Source: a candidate division WOR-3 bacterium (lineage in GTDB: Bacteria > Hydrothermota > Hydrothermia > LBFQ01). From it: a stretch of DNA of 64,000 nucleotides. The notes under the pieces were generated by a model, which saw only the letters and a program-made list of their open reading frames with translations, made no database searches and was not told the DNA's origin. The position numbers were made by a program, and so were the translations under genes. The stretch is from positions 12,992 to 76,991 of the forward strand of contig JALUCS010000118.1 in NCBI GenBank assembly GCA_027050205.1. The letters run 5' to 3'. Below, piece after piece: positions 41,422-51,349 of this stretch (positions within the stretch are counted from its first letter, which is position 1; the number at the start of each line of letters is the position of its first letter).

Positions 41422-41670
41422 CTACCTCTTCCTCTTTCTGTTCCTCTTGAGCTTTTCAACCTCCCGCAGGAGTATCCTGTAGTTCTCCTCCAGGGCCTTC
41501 ACCTTGCCCGTCGCCGATGAAACCTCCCCCTTGGCCTCCGAAACCTCAATCCTTAGGTGATTTACCTCCTTTTCAAGCTTGTTCAACCTGCTTTCGAACT
41601 TCTTGGAATCCCTCGCCGATATGCAACCGGCGGCGAACAGTAGAACAGCTAAAGGTAGGAGCCTCCTCAT
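41422..41670 (-). CDS. Small coiled-coil lipoprotein
   Basis: LFAAGC lipobox followed by heptad repeats. Confidence 0.75.
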   Translation of the reverse strand: MRRLLPLAVLLFAAGCISARDSKKFESRLNKLEKEVNHLRIEVSEAKGEVSSATGKVKALEENYRILLREVEKLKRNRKRKR

Positions 41671-41715
41671 TGTGCGGATATTATAAGGGAGGGCGACACC
41701 TGTAGAATAGGGGCT

Positions 41716-42579
41716 ATGAAGAACCTGTGGTTTTGGCTCTTCATCTTCTTCGCCGCCCTAACCGGCATCTTGCTCGTCCTCCGCATTTTGGTCAAGAGCC
41801 AAACCCTATCGCTGGGGAACGTCCTCTACGTTGAAATTGATGGCAACATAGACGACAAGAAGATCCCGGAGATAGCCGACTGGGCCTACGAGAAGCTCAA
41901 GGGCGACAGGATGAACCGCATAAAGGGAGTGTTCGTATATATAAACAGCCCCGGCGGGAGCGCTGCGAGCAGCGAGACTATGTACCAAGTCCTGAAGTTC
42001 GCCGAGAAGAAGGGGAAGAAGGTCGTGGCATACATACACTCCATCGGTGCCTCCGGCGGATACTACATCGCCTCCGCCGCCGATACGATCGTCGCCAATC
42101 CCGCCGCCCTGACGGGTTCCATAGGGGCGATAATAATACTGCCGGAGGTCACGGAACTGTCCAAGAAGGTCGGGGTCTCCTGGGACATATACAAGTCGGG
42201 CAAGAACAAGGACCTGACCCAACCCTTCCGGAAGAGGACGGAGGAGGACAGCGTCCTGCTGACGGAGTTGGCCAAGGAGGTATGGAAGGTCTTCCTCAAC
42301 AGGGTGGCCGAGGGTAGGGGCAAGAAACCGGAGGACCTTATGGAGATTGCCGACGGAAGGGTTCTGACGGCGGAGCAGGCCCTCAAATGGGGCTTGATAG
42401 ACGTCCTCGGAACCAAGTACGATGCGATGGAGATACTGAAGAGGATGACGGGGATCAAGAAGGTTAAGCTCATAAAGAGGCCGAAGAAGACGAACCTTCT
42501 CAAACAGGTTTTCGGGACGACCGCCCGAATCGGCGAGATGATGGACGAATGGATGCTCCCCAAGGCCCTCTTCTACTAA
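41716..42579 (+). CDS. sppA: Signal peptide peptidase (36K type)
   Basis: INSPGGS, ASGGYYIA, TGSIG, KSGKNKD, DGRV. Confidence 0.95.
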   Translation: MKNLWFWLFIFFAALTGILLVLRILVKSQTLSLGNVLYVEIDGNIDDKKIPEIADWAYEKLKGDRMNRIKGVFVYINSPGGSAASSETMYQVLKFAEKKGKKVVAYIHSIGASGGYYIASAADTIVANPAALTGSIGAIIILPEVTELSKKVGVSWDIYKSGKNKDLTQPFRKRTEEDSVLLTELAKEVWKVFLNRVAEGRGKKPEDLMEIADGRVLTAEQALKWGLIDVLGTKYDAMEILKRMTGIKKVKLIKRPKKTNLLKQVFGTTARIGEMMDEWMLPKALFY

Positions 42580-44030
42580 ACGGTGATGCTCAAGAGGGAC
42601 AGCACCATCTCCTCAAGGGATATACCACCGTGAAACATCTTCTTTCTGTACAGCTCGGCGAACTCCGATGCCCTCTCCCCCCACACGAAGTAGGTATCCT
42701 CGGCGGCGAATAGGAACTTCCCCCAGTCCGGGAGGCCCCACTCCTCCGGGCGCTCAACCAGTACGGTCCGTCCCTCTCCTTTGGGGATCATCTCCTTCCC
42801 GTACTTGTGCCTGAAACCCTTGCTGAAGTCCTCACCCTCCACCACGACGGGCTTACGCCCGATGGTCCAACCGTGGTCCGACGTTATGAAGACCCTGTAC
42901 CCCTTGTCTAAGAAGCGACTTATCACGGAGGAGAACCTACCGTCCTCCAGGATGAGCCTCGCCCACCTCTTTATGGACGACTCTCCCTCACCGAGGGCCT
43001 TCAGGGCCTCCACGTTGGCCGTAAGGTGCAGGATGGTATCCACGAAGTTGACGATGTATATCTCCAGCCTCTTCCCGTAGGGTTTCATCTTGGCCAGAGA
43101 CTCCAAGTCCTTTATCTTAGTGTACCAAACCCCAACCCTGTACCCTTCCCTCTCAAGTTGCTTCCAGAGGAGCTTCAGCTCACTCTGATTGTCGTTCAAC
43201 GCCCCCGGTATCATAACTTCCGTCTCGTTGGGCAAGGCACCGCTGAACAGGGCGTTGCGGGAGTACTGCGTGGCCGTGGGAAGGAGGGACATGTAGATGC
43301 TCTGCTCCACCTTGTAGTTGGGGGAGAGGGCGGATACCACCTCGTAGATCTGATCAAACCGGAAGTTGTCTAAGACGATTAGGACTACCGGCGAGACCTC
43401 AACGTAGGGGAGGACGAGCTTCCTTAGGAGGTTGTGCGACATGAGGAGTGTATCGTCCCTGATTATCTCTGGATAGTTCCTCTCTATCCAAGCAGCGAAC
43501 TTGGCGTTCTCTTGGGACAGGATCTCATCAAACTTACTCCTGTATCCCTTATAGACGTACCGGGCCTGGAAGATCTTAACAGCCTTCAGGAGGTACCCGT
43601 CAAAGGTCTCCGGTATGCGGCTTATCTCCTCCCTCAACCTGTCCGCTTCGTCTATGTAGTACTCCCTCTTCAGGCTCTCCTTGTGGAGGCGGGCTATGAG
43701 GGCCATGAGCTGGGCGGGTTGGACGGGTTTGACGAGGTAGTCGTAGGCGTCCTCTACCATTGCCTTCTTGATAAGCTCGGCGTCGGTCATCATGGTGAGC
43801 ATTACGACGGGGACGTGGGGATAGGCCCGCTTGATGAGCTTGAGGGCCTGAAGGCCGTTCACCCTCGGCATACGGTAGTCCAGAAGGATCAGGTTGTAAT
43901 GATGGCGTGAGAGCTTATCCACCCCCTCCTCAACGGTAGTCGCCGTATCCACTTCAACCCCCTGCGACCTCAAGAAGGCCACTATGGAGTACATCTCGTC
44001 TATCTCGTCGTCTATCCAAAGTACCCGCAT
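42576..44030 (-). CDS. PorX-like response regulator (receiver + PglZ domain)
   Basis: LWIDDE, LLDYRMP, YLVKP; LDNFR, LPTATQYSRNALFSG, TSDHG, HGGISLEEM. Confidence 0.9.
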   Translation of the reverse strand: MRVLWIDDEIDEMYSIVAFLRSQGVEVDTATTVEEGVDKLSRHHYNLILLDYRMPRVNGLQALKLIKRAYPHVPVVMLTMMTDAELIKKAMVEDAYDYLVKPVQPAQLMALIARLHKESLKREYYIDEADRLREEISRIPETFDGYLLKAVKIFQARYVYKGYRSKFDEILSQENAKFAAWIERNYPEIIRDDTLLMSHNLLRKLVLPYVEVSPVVLIVLDNFRFDQIYEVVSALSPNYKVEQSIYMSLLPTATQYSRNALFSGALPNETEVMIPGALNDNQSELKLLWKQLEREGYRVGVWYTKIKDLESLAKMKPYGKRLEIYIVNFVDTILHLTANVEALKALGEGESSIKRWARLILEDGRFSSVISRFLDKGYRVFITSDHGWTIGRKPVVVEGEDFSKGFRHKYGKEMIPKGEGRTVLVERPEEWGLPDWGKFLFAAEDTYFVWGERASEFAELYRKKMFHGGISLEEMVLSLLSITV

Positions 44031-44057
44031 CTGTAAGGTTATATTCTAACCTTGAGG

Positions 44058-44324
44058 TATAATAGTATCTATACTCTGTCTAAGTTGTCTAACCCAAGTT
44101 TTGAGAATTATTTTTCACTTTAGGTTCAAAAATAGGGTGTCTAAACTTAGACACCAGTCTGTACGTTTGATAATTTAAATTTTTAAACAAATTTTCGCAA
44201 TAATTGCAATAATACCGCATACGACCTAAATACAATTTCACCTCCACGCGGATTTAGACACCTCGCCGGCGGTCTGTCTAAATTTAGACACTAGAGTCTA
44301 AGTCGTGTCTAAGGCGTTGTCCAA
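44058..44324. repeat. Non-coding array of TGTCTAA/TTAGACA boxes around an AT-rich tract (candidate oriC or protein-binding array)
   Basis: Eight exact and two one-mismatch heptamers, including two 16-bp palindromes TGTCTAA-AY-TTAGACA; AT-rich 44166-44214. Confidence 0.8.
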
Positions 44325-44559
44325 CATATGGGGTGATGTCTGTCCCCTACGGTACGTTGGTGTAAGGTGCAGTTGACGAAAGGCACCAATACGGGTTCAA
44401 GGTCCTGCTATCCGCGGCACAGGGAACTTCGTCCCAACGACCCTTTGAAAGGATCATACCATCAGCCGAATACGATACCGATAAAAAACCCTATTATATC
44501 ACTCCATCAGTGTAATCCCAGCCTTCCCTGTACTGCTACCTGAACCTCCGCTACCCCTT

Positions 44560-46227
44560 CTAAAACAGGCCGGAGACCCTTCCCCTCTCGTCTATGTCCA
44601 TCCGTACGGCGGCCGGCTCCTTAGGTAGACCGGGCATTGTCATTATGTCCCCCGTTATGGGGACGAGGAAACCGGCTCCCGCCATTATCCGGACCTCCCT
44701 GACGGTTATCTCAAAGCCCCTCGGCCTGCCGAGTTTCTTAGGGTCGTCCGATAGGGAGTACTGGGTCTTGGCGACGCAGATGGGTAGGTGGCCGAACCCC
44801 ATCCTCTCGTACCGCCTTATGGCCCTCTCCGCCTCCGGGTAGTATATGACGCCGTCCGCCCCGTATATCTCCCTGGCCACCCTCTCTATCTTCTCCTTTA
44901 TCCCCATCTCCGGCGTATAGATGGGATGGTAGTTGCTGCCAACCTCAAGGGCTTGGAGGACTGCGTCCGCCAGCTCAAGCCCCCCTTCGGACCCCTTCGC
45001 CCAGACCTCAACGAGGGCGTAGGGTACCCCCTCCCCCTTCAGGAGAGAGTCTAAGGTCCGCAGCTCCTCCTCCGTATCCGTAGGGAAGCGGTTGATTGCC
45101 ACGACGACGGGGAGGCCGAACTTCCTTAAGTTCTCTATGTGCTTCTGGAGGTTGGGGAAGCCCCTCTCTAAGGCCTCCGGGTTAGGCTCGGAGACCTTCC
45201 CCTTCGGCACCCCCCCGTGATACTTGAGCGCCCTGACCGTAGCTACTATAACGGCGGCAGACGGGGCGAAGCCCCCTATGGGGGCCACGAGGTCCAGGAA
45301 CTTCTCTGCTCCGAGGTCGGCACCGAAGCCCGCCTCCACCACCGCCACGTCCGAGTAGGCCATGGCCATCTCGGTGCTTAGGACGGAGTTGGTCCCGTGG
45401 GCTATGTTGGCGAAGGGGCCGGTGTGGATGAGGGCGGGGGTGTTCTCAAGGGTCTGGACGAGGTTGGGCTTTATGGCGTCCTTAAGGAGAACGGCCATCG
45501 CCCCCTCCGCCCTTATGTCCCTGGCATATACCGGCTCCTTACCCCGCGTGAAGCCGATCAGGATGTTCCCAAGGCGCTTCTTGAGGTCGGCGTAGCCCTT
45601 AGCCAGGCCTAGGATGGCCATCACCTCCGACGCCGGCACTATGACGAAGGAGTCCTCACGGGGGAAGCCGTTCTTCCTGCCACCGAGGCCGACGACTATG
45701 CCCCGCAACGCCCTGTCGTTCATGTCCAACGTCCGGGGCCAGAGGACGGTACGGGCGTCTATGTCAAGGGGATTCCCGTGGTGGATGTGGTTGTCTATCA
45801 TAGCAGAGAGGAGGTTGTGGGCGGAGGCTACGGCGTGGAAGTCCCCCGTGAAGTGGAGGTTTATGTCCTCCATAGGGACGACCTGGGCGTATCCTCCCCC
45901 CGTCGCACCTCCCTTTACGCCGAAGACCGGGCCGAGGGAAGGTTCCCGGAGGGCCACGACCGACCTGACTCCCCTACGGTTGAGTGCCATAGATAGGCCG
46001 ATGGAGACCGTCGTCTTACCCTCACCGAGGGGGGTAGGGTTCATAGCCGTCACCAAAACGAGCTTCCCCCTCTCCTTCCTGTCCTCAAGTAGGTCCAGGG
46101 GAAGCTTGGCCTTGTAGTTTCCGTACTTCTCTATCCGTGATGGGGGGATCCCCATCCTCTCGGCCACCTCCTCTATGGGCAGGAGGTTGGCCCTCTGGGC
46201 TATGGAGAGATCCGAAGGCACACTCAT
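44560..46227 (-). CDS. fhs: Formate-tetrahydrofolate ligase
   Basis: TPLGEGKTT, KGGATGGG, HTGPFANIAHG, CVAKTQYS, MTMPGLP. Confidence 0.98.
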   Translation of the reverse strand: MSVPSDLSIAQRANLLPIEEVAERMGIPPSRIEKYGNYKAKLPLDLLEDRKERGKLVLVTAMNPTPLGEGKTTVSIGLSMALNRRGVRSVVALREPSLGPVFGVKGGATGGGYAQVVPMEDINLHFTGDFHAVASAHNLLSAMIDNHIHHGNPLDIDARTVLWPRTLDMNDRALRGIVVGLGGRKNGFPREDSFVIVPASEVMAILGLAKGYADLKKRLGNILIGFTRGKEPVYARDIRAEGAMAVLLKDAIKPNLVQTLENTPALIHTGPFANIAHGTNSVLSTEMAMAYSDVAVVEAGFGADLGAEKFLDLVAPIGGFAPSAAVIVATVRALKYHGGVPKGKVSEPNPEALERGFPNLQKHIENLRKFGLPVVVAINRFPTDTEEELRTLDSLLKGEGVPYALVEVWAKGSEGGLELADAVLQALEVGSNYHPIYTPEMGIKEKIERVAREIYGADGVIYYPEAERAIRRYERMGFGHLPICVAKTQYSLSDDPKKLGRPRGFEITVREVRIMAGAGFLVPITGDIMTMPGLPKEPAAVRMDIDERGRVSGLF

Positions 46228-46287
46228 GGGTGAGTATTCTACCGGGGTAGGGACGCCACACCTCCCGCTCCTTTAAAATCGTATCTC

Positions 46288-47505
46288 TTGAAACACATCA
46301 GGGACCCGATATACGCCGAGTTCGTAGAGTTGGACGACCTCGCCCTTAGGGTGGTATCCCACCCCTACTTCCAGAGGATGCGGCGGATAAAGCACCTCGG
46401 CCTCGCTCACTACGTCTATCCGGGGGCCACCCACACCCGGTTCTCCCACATGCTCGGAGCCTACCACCTCGCCACCAAGTTCCTAAGGAACTTCAAGAGG
46501 AAGGGCTACGATGTGGCGGAGCTTTACGACCCCATAAGGATGGCCGCCCTCCTCCACGACGTCGGCCACACCTCCCTATCCCATGCCCTTGAATTTACCG
46601 TCCTCCCCTTCCGCCACGAGGAGATGGGTAAGGCCATAATAAACCTGAAGTTCAGGGAGGTCCTCGGAGACTACCTGACGGAGCAGGTCCTGGCCATATA
46701 CGACAGGAAGACGGAGCCTTTCGCCCGCGAGATGGTGGAGAGCCAGATGGACGTAGACCGCCTGGACTACCTCCGTAGGGACGCGTACTACTGCGGCGTA
46801 GATTACGGCCTCGTAGATGTTGAGAGGATAATCCAAACGAGCGAACTCTACCCCTCGCCCCAGGGCCGAACCCTCGTGATAGTGGAAAAGGGGATGTTTG
46901 CCGTTGAGAGCTACATAATAGCCCGCTACCTGATGTACTGGTCCGTATATTACCACAAGACCAACCTCGGCTTTCAGGCCCTCCTCTTCAGCCTATTCCG
47001 CAGGGCCAGGGAGGTATCCGGAGAGGTCTGGATGCCCGACCCCCTCCGCAGGGTCATGGGAGCAGCAACCCCGGAGGAGGCCGTTGAAGACTTCTACCGG
47101 GTGGATGACCCCCTCGTCCTATACACGATGCACGTCTGGTCGGAGGGAAAGGACCCCATACTCGCCGACCTCTCCCACCGGATCCTCAACAGGAACCGCT
47201 TCAAGGCCATAGAAATAACCGGACCCTTCATAGACACGTACGAGAGGCTGTCTAACGTGTGCGAGGATGTCGGCATGGACCCCCGCTACTACATCGTTGA
47301 GAGGACCCCGAAGGATGTGGCCTACTCCCCCTACGACCCCCACTCCGAAGAGCATATAAAGGTCCTAAAAGACGGCCGTCTGAAGGAGCTGTCCTCCGTT
47401 ATGCCGACGGACACCCTCAAAAGCCTATCCCGTGAGGTGATGCGGAAGTACCTGTTCGTCCCCGAAGAGTGTTGGCACCGCTACCGATCCAGTTCCCTGC
47501 GGTAG
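46288..47505 (+). CDS. HD-domain phosphohydrolase (SAMHD1/dNTPase-like)
   Basis: RDPI, YPGATHTRFSH, LLHDVGH, DVDRLDYL.RD, MY..VYYH. Confidence 0.93.
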   Translation: MKHIRDPIYAEFVELDDLALRVVSHPYFQRMRRIKHLGLAHYVYPGATHTRFSHMLGAYHLATKFLRNFKRKGYDVAELYDPIRMAALLHDVGHTSLSHALEFTVLPFRHEEMGKAIINLKFREVLGDYLTEQVLAIYDRKTEPFAREMVESQMDVDRLDYLRRDAYYCGVDYGLVDVERIIQTSELYPSPQGRTLVIVEKGMFAVESYIIARYLMYWSVYYHKTNLGFQALLFSLFRRAREVSGEVWMPDPLRRVMGAATPEEAVEDFYRVDDPLVLYTMHVWSEGKDPILADLSHRILNRNRFKAIEITGPFIDTYERLSNVCEDVGMDPRYYIVERTPKDVAYSPYDPHSEEHIKVLKDGRLKELSSVMPTDTLKSLSREVMRKYLFVPEECWHRYRSSSLR

Positions 47506-47999
47506 GGGAAGGTGCGGCGGTACCGGTACAGGATCCTCATCTGTATGTCCCGGAGCCTGTACTCCCCGTGGACGACGTCGTACACCCAACCGGCGAAGTT
47601 AAGGAACATCCCCACACCGAATATACCGGCGTTAAGCCTTAAGGTGTTGGGGTCCAAACTCTCTATTGATCGTGGGACGCCGAAGTACATCACGTAGCCC
47701 ATCATAGCGAATCCGAGGAGCCGAACGGTGGCGCTTATGAACCCCCCGGTGCGGTCGTAGGTGATGAAGTGTATGTACCCCGGCAGGAGGGTGGACCACA
47801 TCCGATCCCAGTAGTCTATGCGGAGTTGGAGGTACTTGAAATCTTCATAAGTCATACTGTCGGGGAGGATGGGGAGGAGGTTATAGACGCCGAAGGTGTC
47901 CTCCACCACCCTTAGGGAGTCCTTTACGACTATACGGACGTCTTTGGGAAAGGTTGGCGCTCGGACAACGCCGGAGATTGTCAGTAGGACGGTTAGCAT
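47481..47999 (-). CDS. Hypothetical membrane protein
   Basis: 172-aa ORF with host codon usage and two hydrophobic segments. Confidence 0.65.
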   Translation of the reverse strand: MLTVLLTISGVVRAPTFPKDVRIVVKDSLRVVEDTFGVYNLLPILPDSMTYEDFKYLQLRIDYWDRMWSTLLPGYIHFITYDRTGGFISATVRLLGFAMMGYVMYFGVPRSIESLDPNTLRLNAGIFGVGMFLNFAGWVYDVVHGEYRLRDIQMRILYRYRRTFPYRRELDR

Positions 48000-48002
48000 C
48001 CC

Positions 48003-48890
48003 TTAGAGGCGGTAGATGTGGGCCTTCACCTCTTTGAAGCCGAGGTCCTTGACGAAACCGTGCTTTATGGCCGGGATCTCCAGGACGACGCCGGAGCGGG
48101 AGTACTCGTAGATGTACCTCCAGATGGTTAGCATACTTTCTTCTTCGGGGACGGTGTTTATTATGACGTATATTCCCCTGTCGGTGTCCAGCAGGACCAT
48201 GTAGCCTATGACCTTATCCCTCTTGCGGGCCTCTAGGATCCGCACGTCATCCCTGTGGGCGGCGAGGACGGACTTGAGGGCGAATTCCCTTTCGGGGGAG
48301 AGATTGTAGGAGAAGGTTAGGACATCGTCCAGCTTGGTGAAGTCGTGGAGCTCCACCGTCAGCCTCATCTTCTTCTTCATCCCCTCAAAGGCCGTTATGA
48401 AGGTCTTGGCCCTCTGACGGTAGAGGTGTTCAAGGGGGTCCCCCTTCAACTTAGTCCGGAGTATCCTAACGGTACTTATGGGGGTACCCATCTTTGAGAC
48501 GTAGGTGTGGGTGGGGGAATCCTCCCGTATCGGTCCCACTATGACGTTGTCGTAGTTGGCCTTAGTGTAGTCCAGGAAGGCGTTTAGGACCTCACCCCGA
48601 TGGGCGGGGTCTACGGAGAAGTCGGAGTACGGGGCGAATATGGGATCAAAGACTGGAAGTATGAGGGTTCCCCTGCTCCCGTAGTACGAGCCGGAGAAGT
48701 AGCCCAGGGGCTGCCCGTTGGAGACCATCCAGAAGCTCGGTTCCCCTCCGGTGTACTCGGCCGAGAGGATCGCCCACTTCGGAGATGCGAAGATCACCGT
48801 GTTAAGGCTCTTGCGATAGATCTCTTCCCACGGCTTGAGGTGTTCGTAGGCGTTTATCCTTTCAATCTCCAGCTTCATAGGTTTGAACAT
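48003..48890 (-). CDS. Hypothetical protein, GNAT/FemAB-like fold suspected
   Basis: WEEIY...IFASPKW, PYSDF, VIGYM patterns; weak. Confidence 0.6.
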   Translation of the reverse strand: MFKPMKLEIERINAYEHLKPWEEIYRKSLNTVIFASPKWAILSAEYTGGEPSFWMVSNGQPLGYFSGSYYGSRGTLILPVFDPIFAPYSDFSVDPAHRGEVLNAFLDYTKANYDNVIVGPIREDSPTHTYVSKMGTPISTVRILRTKLKGDPLEHLYRQRAKTFITAFEGMKKKMRLTVELHDFTKLDDVLTFSYNLSPEREFALKSVLAAHRDDVRILEARKRDKVIGYMVLLDTDRGIYVIINTVPEEESMLTIWRYIYEYSRSGVVLEIPAIKHGFVKDLGFKEVKAHIYRL

Positions 48891-48928
48891 GTACGTTTAT
48901 ATTTTAAGGCTGAAGGGGGAGGGATGGC

Positions 48929-50065
48929 TCACAGGTGGACACCGAACCTCTCCGCGAACGCCCTCTTGAACTCTTCGGGTGAAGGGTGTTTCTGCAGCAT
49001 CCGCCAGATCTCTATCTTCTTGAGGGCCTGCGGTAGGTCCTTGGGCATACTCCTCATAGCACGGGTGACCAACCTATGCAGCTCGTCCATTTCCCTCTCG
49101 TAGGTGCGTCCGAACTCCTCCGGGGTTATCCTCCTCTCCTCACCGGACGGCGGAAGGAGGACGAGGGTATCCTTCCCCTCACGGTAGGCGAAGGTTATGC
49201 CGTACTGCCTACCTATGGCCTTTATTATCTCCTTAGGTAGCTCCTCGGCTGCATCCGTGTATAGGAGGGCGTAGATGACCTTCTTCAGATCCACCGTCAA
49301 AGCCCAAACTTCCCGTCCCCTGATCCAAAACCGCACCAGAGCGAAGAGGGGGAAGAGGAGGGCGAAGGTCCCCCTGACGCCGATGAACTTCCGACGGACC
49401 CTCTCAAACTCTCCCTGAAGGGGGGCGCCAAAGTCCTTCAGGGCCTTTAGAAAGCCGTACCTATCCTCCTCCCCCGGAACGTAGATTATGGAGAAGCCCA
49501 TAGCCCTGACCGGGAGGGTCACGTCCTCCTCACTTCTACCGACCTCTTCCCGCTCCGCCGGGAGATGCTGATGCTCACCTGCTATCAACGATAGGACCAA
49601 GCTCTTAGGAGGCGTTTCTGCCTCTTCCGAGGCGGAGGGCGGGGGGGATACCTTCCTCCTAAGTACGTCCAAAGCAAACATCTCGGCCACCTTCCAATCC
49701 TCCGCCTCCTCCACTTCAACTTCCACCTCCCACCCGCTCCGATTCGCCTCGGTTAGTACGGTCTTAAGAACGTTCTCGGTGTATTCTACGAGGTGTTGTA
49801 GATACCTCTCCCCGTACTTCTCTGCTGCTCTACGGAAGGCGTTTCCTCCCTCGGTTATCCACTTCTCTTCCCCTTTGTTGAACAGCCCTTCCCACCAGGG
49901 TTCCTTTACCAGAAAACTGGTCGCGTAGAGGGGCTTTCCCCTGTACAGATACACCGTAAGGAGAGGATCGCCGAAGAGCTTCCTCTTAACGGCCATCAAC
50001 CCACTCTTCCTGTCTTTTGCGAGTTCCCTTATAGCCCCCCCTATATCATCGTAAAGGGTCTTCAC
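48929..50065 (-). CDS. Hypothetical protein, possible N-terminal PATAN/DUF4388-like domain
   Basis: LAKDRKSGLMAV...VYLYRGKPLYA. Confidence 0.6.
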   Translation of the reverse strand: MKTLYDDIGGAIRELAKDRKSGLMAVKRKLFGDPLLTVYLYRGKPLYATSFLVKEPWWEGLFNKGEEKWITEGGNAFRRAAEKYGERYLQHLVEYTENVLKTVLTEANRSGWEVEVEVEEAEDWKVAEMFALDVLRRKVSPPPSASEEAETPPKSLVLSLIAGEHQHLPAEREEVGRSEEDVTLPVRAMGFSIIYVPGEEDRYGFLKALKDFGAPLQGEFERVRRKFIGVRGTFALLFPLFALVRFWIRGREVWALTVDLKKVIYALLYTDAAEELPKEIIKAIGRQYGITFAYREGKDTLVLLPPSGEERRITPEEFGRTYEREMDELHRLVTRAMRSMPKDLPQALKKIEIWRMLQKHPSPEEFKRAFAERFGVHL

Positions 50066-50114
50066 CGAACGGATATGTTAAAGCCGTTAACCTTCCGTAT
50101 GGGGAAAGGACCAA

Positions 50115-51248
50115 CTACCCCCTGGCCAGCTCTACGGCCATCTTTGCCCCCTCGGACATAGTCTCGGCCGTCTTCAGGGGCAGGCCGGACTCGGCCAGCA
50201 TCTTCCGACCTATCTCCTCGTTGGTGCCGGTCAGCCTCACCACCACGGGGACCCTAACGTCCATCGTCCTGAAGGCCTCTATGAGGCCGGCGGCTATGTC
50301 GTCGCAACGGGTTATTCCGCCGAAGATGTTTATGAAGACCACCTTCACGTTGGGGTCCCGCAGGATTATGTCCATGGCCTTCTTGACCTTCTCCGGGTTG
50401 GAGGAGCCTCCTACGTCAAGGAAGTTGGCCGGCTCACCGCCCCAGTACTTTATGACGTCCATAGTGGCCATGGCCAGACCGGCCCCGTTCACCATACACC
50501 CTATGTTCCCGTCAAGCTTCACGAAGGAGAGGCCAGCCTCCTTCGCCTCCTCCTCTTCGGGGTTGACGTAGTCCATGTCCTTGTACTGGAGGAGGTCCGG
50601 GTGGCGGAAGAGGGCGTTGTCGTCCAGTATAATCTTGGCATCCACGGCTACGAGGTCGTTGTCGCCGGTGACGACGAGGGGGTTTATCTCGGCGAGCTGG
50701 GCGTCCGTGGCGAAGTAGGCCTCGGAGAGCTTCTGGTATATCCCCGCCGCCTTCAGGGCGAGTTTGTTGTCCTCAAAGACGCTGAAGGCCAGTTCCCTCG
50801 CCTCGTAGGGCTTTAGGGGTTCGGTGATGTATCTCTTCACGATGGCTTCGGGTTTGGTCCGGGCTATCTCCTCTATATCCACGCCCCCCTCCTTGGAGGT
50901 TATGAAGACGGCCTTAGAGGTGCGCCTGTCAAGGGTGACGCTGACGTAGTACTCCTTGGCTATGTCCACGGCCTCGGTTATCAGGATCTTCTTGACCTTT
51001 ATGCCCTTTATGGTGAGATTCAGGATCTCCTCCGCCTTTTTAACGGCATCCTCGTAGTCCTTGGCGAGTTTTACGCCGCCAGCCTTACCGCGGCCACCGA
51101 CGGGTACCTGTGCCTTTATGACGACGGGGTACTTGGCCTCCTTGAGTATCTCCTTAGCCTCCTCTACGGTGCGGGCGAGTTTCCCTGTCTGGGTCGGGAT
51201 TCCGAACTTCTTGAAGACCTCTTTGGATGCCCACTCAAGCAGTTTCAT
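50115..51248 (-). CDS. sucC: Succinyl-CoA synthetase beta subunit (or related ADP-forming acyl-CoA ligase)
   Basis: KAQV..GGRGKAGG, EINPL, NGAGLAMATMD, ANFLDVGG, NIFGGI.RCD. Confidence 0.96.
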   Translation of the reverse strand: MKLLEWASKEVFKKFGIPTQTGKLARTVEEAKEILKEAKYPVVIKAQVPVGGRGKAGGVKLAKDYEDAVKKAEEILNLTIKGIKVKKILITEAVDIAKEYYVSVTLDRRTSKAVFITSKEGGVDIEEIARTKPEAIVKRYITEPLKPYEARELAFSVFEDNKLALKAAGIYQKLSEAYFATDAQLAEINPLVVTGDNDLVAVDAKIILDDNALFRHPDLLQYKDMDYVNPEEEEAKEAGLSFVKLDGNIGCMVNGAGLAMATMDVIKYWGGEPANFLDVGGSSNPEKVKKAMDIILRDPNVKVVFINIFGGITRCDDIAAGLIEAFRTMDVRVPVVVRLTGTNEEIGRKMLAESGLPLKTAETMSEGAKMAVELARG

Positions 51249-51349
51249 AAGCGGATATTATAGTCTCGTAAGGGGGTACGAACGCCTCCGTAAAGGTAAA
51301 TGGAGGTTCGCCGTCTCCCAAACCCCTCCTCAAGGGTATAATTCCCGTA

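Noticed and set aside
39789..41459. 556-aa ORF read as an N-terminally extended methyltransferase
   Set aside because: The first ~245 codons overlap the real membrane gene in another frame and are low-complexity; the true start is the ATGA overlap at 40721.
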